Part shown: positions 59,280 to 64,000 of the stretch, piece after piece
Layout of the letters: the number at the start of each line of letters is the position of its first letter
Position numbering within the stretch: the first letter of the stretch is position 1
Origin: a virus
Strand: one strand, 5' to 3'
Virus record (IMG/VR): IMGVR_UViG_3300049855_000239
Span: 1 to 64,000 of that record
Length of the DNA stretch: 64,000 bases
Notes under the pieces: generated by a model
Databases searched by the model: none
What the model was told of the DNA's origin: nothing
The model's input: the letters and a program-made list of their open reading frames with translations, nothing else
Translations under genes and position numbers: made by a program

Positions 59280-59781
59280 AAAACTAAGAAACAAGTATTT
59301 GGCAAAATCTGTCAACAGGAAGTCTATTATCGAGATAGAGGATTCTATCAAAAATATGGACGGTTCTTTTATTGGTGATAGTGTTAATTGCCCTTTAAAG
59401 CACTCTTTTTCGGATGGTATTTATGTAAGGGAGATATTTATACCTGCCAACACAATACTAACAGGAAAGATACACAAACACGACCATCCCAATTTTTTAT
59501 TAAAAGGAAAGGTTGTTGTGGCTACGGAATTTGGAGGGGTGGAAGAATTGGACGCCCCTTTGTCTATGATTTCAAAAGCAGGCACCAAAAGGGTGGTGCA
59601 AACTATCACCGACACGGTATGGGTAACAATACACCACAATCCTACAAATACGCAAGACCTTGAAAAACTAGAGCGAGATATTATCGCAAAGGATTATCAA
59701 GAGTACGATTCTTTCAGAACAAAAAGGATTGGCCTGAAAAATATTATCTTTGCGTATATCAAGAAGTACCTAAATATATAG
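59269..59781 (+). CDS. cupin-fold phage protein
   Basis: HSFSDGIYVREIFIP....TGKIHKH.H...G.KR....DTVWVTIH. Confidence 0.75.
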   Translation: MKLKKLRNKYLAKSVNRKSIIEIEDSIKNMDGSFIGDSVNCPLKHSFSDGIYVREIFIPANTILTGKIHKHDHPNFLLKGKVVVATEFGGVEELDAPLSMISKAGTKRVVQTITDTVWVTIHHNPTNTQDLEKLERDIIAKDYQEYDSFRTKRIGLKNIIFAYIKKYLNI

Positions 59782-59783
59782 AT

Positions 59784-60515
59784 ATGACATGGGTAGCAGC
59801 AGGTGTAGCTTCGGCAGCCGTTACGGTAAAGGCTTATCAGGCATATAAAGCAGATAGAAATGCCAAAAATGCCAAAAAAGAACAAGACAAGCTAAGGGAG
59901 AATAGGCCTCAATATACCATCCCAGAGGAATATCAGAAGAATATTGACTTGCAAACTGGCATAGTAAAGGGGTACGAGCCTTATACTAAGACATCGCAAT
60001 TGGCAGGGCAGTCCTATATGCAAAATAGGATTGATGCCAACACGGCAAATCAAACAGCATTGGCATCTCAACAGGGAGTCAGTTCTCCTAGTGGAATGGC
60101 GGCTTTATACGGTTCGGCAATGAACGCACAGAACGAAGCTACTACTGACATGAATATAAAAGGTGCTGAGAATAGAAAAGACTACCAGCAATTATATGCT
60201 AATGAAACTGGTAATTTGCAAAAAGCAAACGCTGATATGGCGGATCAAAAGGCACTAGAATGGAATCAGAACACATTTAGCCCTTACGCTAGTCTTATTA
60301 ATGAAAAGACTAATATGATTAGAGACTATACCCAAAGAAGTCGAGAAAGGGCGGATAGTGCTATTGAATCAGGCACAAGTGTTGGTAGCATGGCAGGTAG
60401 CGGAGCTAGTATGTATGGAAATGGGATGTCTGCATCCAAGAAAGGAAAGAAAAATAAAGGTAGCGGAGGTTTTGATATGAATGACGCTCAAATGAACACA
60501 TCATATTCAAGTTAA
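59784..60515 (+). CDS. internal virion / ejection protein
   Basis: MTWVAAGVASAAV N-terminus, A/Q/N-rich helical body, G/S-rich tail. Confidence 0.6.
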   Translation: MTWVAAGVASAAVTVKAYQAYKADRNAKNAKKEQDKLRENRPQYTIPEEYQKNIDLQTGIVKGYEPYTKTSQLAGQSYMQNRIDANTANQTALASQQGVSSPSGMAALYGSAMNAQNEATTDMNIKGAENRKDYQQLYANETGNLQKANADMADQKALEWNQNTFSPYASLINEKTNMIRDYTQRSRERADSAIESGTSVGSMAGSGASMYGNGMSASKKGKKNKGSGGFDMNDAQMNTSYSS

Positions 60516-60517
60516 AA

Positions 60518-62620
60518 ATGGCATACGATACAACTGCACCATTATCATATTATGATGTACCAGAGGTAATACAAGTACCACAGGCGCATCTTCAAGCCGC
60601 TGCGCTCGTACACCAAAGAGTAGAAGCTCAAAAAGATAAACAAGCAGCACAAGAGGAAGCTAAGGGAGAAGCTGAAAGGAAGAGACTATTGGCATTGAAA
60701 GCAACAGAAGCTAGTTCCCCTTATGAAGTAGATGCCCGAAAAATTGGAGAACTGGCTAATCAACAAATTAACTCCAAGATGTTAGGAGATGAACCTGCAC
60801 ATGGCAAATATGGATTGCAAATGACAGATATTCAAAATATAACAAAGGCACAAAAAGGGAGAGAAGATGCTCAAATAAAAGACATAGACAATAAAACGGC
60901 ACAAGGTTTTATTCCGAAAGGAGACTATCTAACCGCATATAGAAATAAGGTTGCAAATTCGGGTTTTAGTAATAGGGATGCAGTTCAAGACGAACACGAT
61001 AATATAATAGCCACAAAACCACACGAAGTTTTTAGTACAGATAATACATGGAGGGCTTCTGTACTTACTGATAAAAATTTCCCTGTAACACCCTATAAGT
61101 TTGACAAGACCACCGAAAAAGGTTCAACTACCTATAATACTGGTGCTGAAATGAATAGTAGGTTTTTTATACCTACTAAAGAAGTCGAAAAAGATGCACA
61201 GGGAAATCCTATAATGGTAGGTGGCCAGCCTGTTTATAAGCCAAAGCCTGTTACAACAATAGAAGAAGCTAGAGAATTAGTACCAAACCTAATTGGTAGT
61301 AAGATTCCTAAAGATTATGTATCACTAGAAGCATCAGAGGTTTATAGCGACCCAAAGAATAAACAAGAAATTGACGAAAAAGTAAAAGAATACGAGAATA
61401 CTGCAGACCCAGTAACAGGCAAACCTGATGCAAATTCTGTATCTATTTTTAAAGAGGGATTAAAAGAAAAGTATGCACAAGAAAAAATTGCAGAAAGAAT
61501 CCTGAACGAACAAAAGGCATATCAAAGGTTATCTTCTATTAAAGTAAGTGAAAAGACTGAAAAGCCTACGGAAAAAGAAAAAGAGGATGCATCTTTTCAA
61601 AATAAACGGAAGAAATCTGGTTCATCTGGAACATTAGTACCAGATGTTTATTTGACTCGTGCTGATGGTAATAAGTCAGAATTTAATAGCCAAGTAGGAC
61701 GTGCTACTGACATGAACAGACCAAATTTATTATCTATTCAGAAAAAGAAAGGTAATATTATGGGAGACGTAGACCCCCAAACAGTGAACTTTAGCGGAAC
61801 GGTAACTGATGAAGTTACTGGGTCGAAATATAAAATATCAGACAAGAACCCTGTAGTAGTAACAAACATATATCCAGTACTAGAGCATTATAATGAAAAA
61901 ACTGATAAATGGGTAAGGACGGTTTTTGACAAAAACCAGAATCATGATGATTTTGAAAATCAAATTCATGCCTATGGAAAGAAAGGAGTCCCTATAAGAG
62001 TAACAATGCAGGGAGATGTGAACATGTCTACCAAGAACAATAAAACAGGCACTCTTACAACAGAAGAATCTCAGGAAATGGCTACTCTGGCAGCTACAAA
62101 AGAGAGGGATGAAGAGCAAACTAAAAGGCTTGGCGAACTACAAGGGAAATTAGCACAAGAGCAAGGGAAAACCATAAGAGTAAATATGGAGGATTCTGGT
62201 ATTTTTAAACAAGTAACAGGATATAACAATATGAATGAAGTGGCTAAACATGCCGACACTCCAGAAGTAAAAAATGCAGCGAAACTTAACTCAAAATGGA
62301 TAAATATAGCTAATACGTACAATAAAAATAAGGGACACGACATTGTTGCTATTGATAAAAAGTCGGAAGAAATTCAGAAGTCTAAAGAGGACGTAAAAGC
62401 AAAAATAGAAGAGTTCAAAAGAATAAAAAAAGATGAAGGGGATGCGGCTGCTAGGGAATATGCCGAATCTCACGGAGCAAGGAAAGATTCAGAAGGCCGT
62501 TATGATTTCGCCAAACAAGAACCATCACAACCTGTGAAAAAGAAAACAGAACCAATGGTAGGCAGGAAGCAAGGTGGACAGCCAGTATTTAATAAAGGTG
62601 GTAAAAAATTAGGAGAATAA
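60518..62620 (+). CDS. internal virion / ejection protein
   Basis: 700 aa, charged, follows small ejection protein. Confidence 0.5.
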   Translation: MAYDTTAPLSYYDVPEVIQVPQAHLQAAALVHQRVEAQKDKQAAQEEAKGEAERKRLLALKATEASSPYEVDARKIGELANQQINSKMLGDEPAHGKYGLQMTDIQNITKAQKGREDAQIKDIDNKTAQGFIPKGDYLTAYRNKVANSGFSNRDAVQDEHDNIIATKPHEVFSTDNTWRASVLTDKNFPVTPYKFDKTTEKGSTTYNTGAEMNSRFFIPTKEVEKDAQGNPIMVGGQPVYKPKPVTTIEEARELVPNLIGSKIPKDYVSLEASEVYSDPKNKQEIDEKVKEYENTADPVTGKPDANSVSIFKEGLKEKYAQEKIAERILNEQKAYQRLSSIKVSEKTEKPTEKEKEDASFQNKRKKSGSSGTLVPDVYLTRADGNKSEFNSQVGRATDMNRPNLLSIQKKKGNIMGDVDPQTVNFSGTVTDEVTGSKYKISDKNPVVVTNIYPVLEHYNEKTDKWVRTVFDKNQNHDDFENQIHAYGKKGVPIRVTMQGDVNMSTKNNKTGTLTTEESQEMATLAATKERDEEQTKRLGELQGKLAQEQGKTIRVNMEDSGIFKQVTGYNNMNEVAKHADTPEVKNAAKLNSKWINIANTYNKNKGHDIVAIDKKSEEIQKSKEDVKAKIEEFKRIKKDEGDAAAREYAESHGARKDSEGRYDFAKQEPSQPVKKKTEPMVGRKQGGQPVFNKGGKKLGE

Positions 62621-64000
62621 TGCCGAACGATATAATAATAAATGCACATAAATCATTAATAAAAAATGGCTATGAAGTGCCTAAAAATGTTAATGATTTT
62701 GAATCAGAGCTTTCTTCTAATCCAGATATGGTAAAAGACCTTCATACCTCTTTTGTAAAAATGGGATACGAAGTACCTGAATATGAGGAATTTTCTAAAT
62801 CTTTAGCATTAAAAAAAAAAGAAGAAACTACATCAGAAAATTCTTCGACTCCTGCATCAAGTCCTTTACAGCCTTCAAAAACGAGTGGCGAGATTCCTAG
62901 TAATATCGTAGAAGCTACTACCAAAACTCCAGTAATGATAGGTCGTGGAGCTGGTGGTAAGCCTGTTTACGAAGGAGAAAAGTCAGGCAAAACATATAGC
63001 GTAGAAGATCAAATAAAGAATAAACCACAAGATAATTATATAAAGGAAGGTGTAAATATTCCCATCCCGAAAGAATTAGAGCAATCTATAAAAACATCTA
63101 AGGAAGTAGCCGAACAAGACAGGCTGGCTAAGATAAAAGAGGACGAAGCCTACAATAAAATAGCAGAGTCACTTCCATTTTCTATCAAGGCAAAAACAGT
63201 AGGTAGTTCTATTGTTAAGGGGGCGATAGAGGTATTACCTACGATAATGGATGTATATGCTAATGCTACAGGAAGCGCCTTAGACAAGGCAGATGTATTA
63301 AAGGTTCGTGATTTTTTAGACGAAACATTCAAAGAAGACGATCGCTATAAAAAGACAACAGTAAATGCAATTGCTAGAAATGTAGCAACAGCAGGAGCTA
63401 TGATGGCTACTGGAGGTGCTGGCGCAGCGGCACAGGGGGCTGTAATGGCAGGTAATGAATCTTTTAATGATGCGATAAGCAATGGAGCAAGCAAAAGCAC
63501 GGCAACTAAAGCAGCAGTTATAAATATGCTAGGTGGGGCTGCGCTTGAATCAATTCCAGTGTTTAGGGCATTAAATAGAGTTGGAGCGAAAACAGGTAGT
63601 AATATCTACAAAAATATATGGGATGCTTCCAAAAATACCGTAAAGGGAGGGGTAGAAGAAGCTATAACTGGTGGGCTACAACAAACATTGTCAAATGCTA
63701 CAGCAAATGTAATGTATGATTCTACTAGGGATATATCTGACAACGTGTTTAACAGCGGAATGGATGAAGGAACTGCTGGATTTATACTAAATGGGTTGCT
63801 AAACACGCTTGCGCTAAAAAGAGGAAAGACTACCATTAAAAGTGAAATAGCAAAAATAGATAATGCTATAAAATATGCTACTGAAACAAAACGGGCTGTA
63901 CTAGAAAAGTTTAAGAAGAATGGACAAGTGCCAATACCACAGTCGGCTGAACGACAGACCGTTGACACCACAGGAACGGAACAAGGTGTTATTAAAACTG
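62620..64000 (+). CDS. large internal virion protein, 3' truncated by window
   Basis: ATG overlapping upstream TAA (MPNDIIINAHKSL...); A/G-rich segments; no stop noticed before window end. Confidence 0.6.
   Translation, partial: MPNDIIINAHKSLIKNGYEVPKNVNDFESELSSNPDMVKDLHTSFVKMGYEVPEYEEFSKSLALKKKEETTSENSSTPASSPLQPSKTSGEIPSNIVEATTKTPVMIGRGAGGKPVYEGEKSGKTYSVEDQIKNKPQDNYIKEGVNIPIPKELEQSIKTSKEVAEQDRLAKIKEDEAYNKIAESLPFSIKAKTVGSSIVKGAIEVLPTIMDVYANATGSALDKADVLKVRDFLDETFKEDDRYKKTTVNAIARNVATAGAMMATGGAGAAAQGAVMAGNESFNDAISNGASKSTATKAAVINMLGGAALESIPVFRALNRVGAKTGSNIYKNIWDASKNTVKGGVEEAITGGLQQTLSNATANVMYDSTRDISDNVFNSGMDEGTAGFILNGLLNTLALKRGKTTIKSEIAKIDNAIKYATETKRAVLEKFKKNGQVPIPQSAERQTVDTTGTEQGVIKT

Noticed and set aside
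38757-63971. Many short antisense ORFs in the ORF track overlapping long genes
   Set aside because: Shadow frames of real genes with no motifs or independent signals.
1-64000. Stop-codon reassignment as in some crAss-like phages
   Set aside because: Long genes are intact in the standard code; only isolated breaks (one TAA, two frameshifts).

Overview
AT-rich (Bacteroidota-type) tailed-phage DNA, judged from TAnnTTTG promoter boxes, absence of Shine-Dalgarno signals, and an Hc1-like and a GroES-like gene. Layout: end of a lysis module with a GH19 endolysin (1-2.4 kb); an accessory region (2.4-17.8 kb); a recombination/replication module with SSB, Sak4-like ATPase, exonuclease, helicase-methylase fusion, initiator, DnaB and dCTP deaminase (18-30.5 kb); a minus-strand cluster of small early-type genes (30.5-33.8 kb); a sharp strand-composition switch near 35.2 kb; and a podovirus/crAss-like morphogenesis module (38.7-64 kb). 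The main observation is in 2.4-17.2 kb. About 20 imperfect-hairpin elements (most ~130 bp, ...TAAC-A...C-GTTA...) separate the accessory genes like integron attC sites. In 16 cases the 15 bp that open a gene segment are the reverse complement of the 15 bp that close that same segment, not of the other arm of the same hairpin. This is the footprint expected of excisable, shuffled gene cassettes in a phage genome. The hairpins also carry a conserved CGGTGGA motif and ATG-initiated leader peptides fused in frame to cargo genes. No integrase is visible in the window. All protein calls are from motif recognition by eye; no database search was run.
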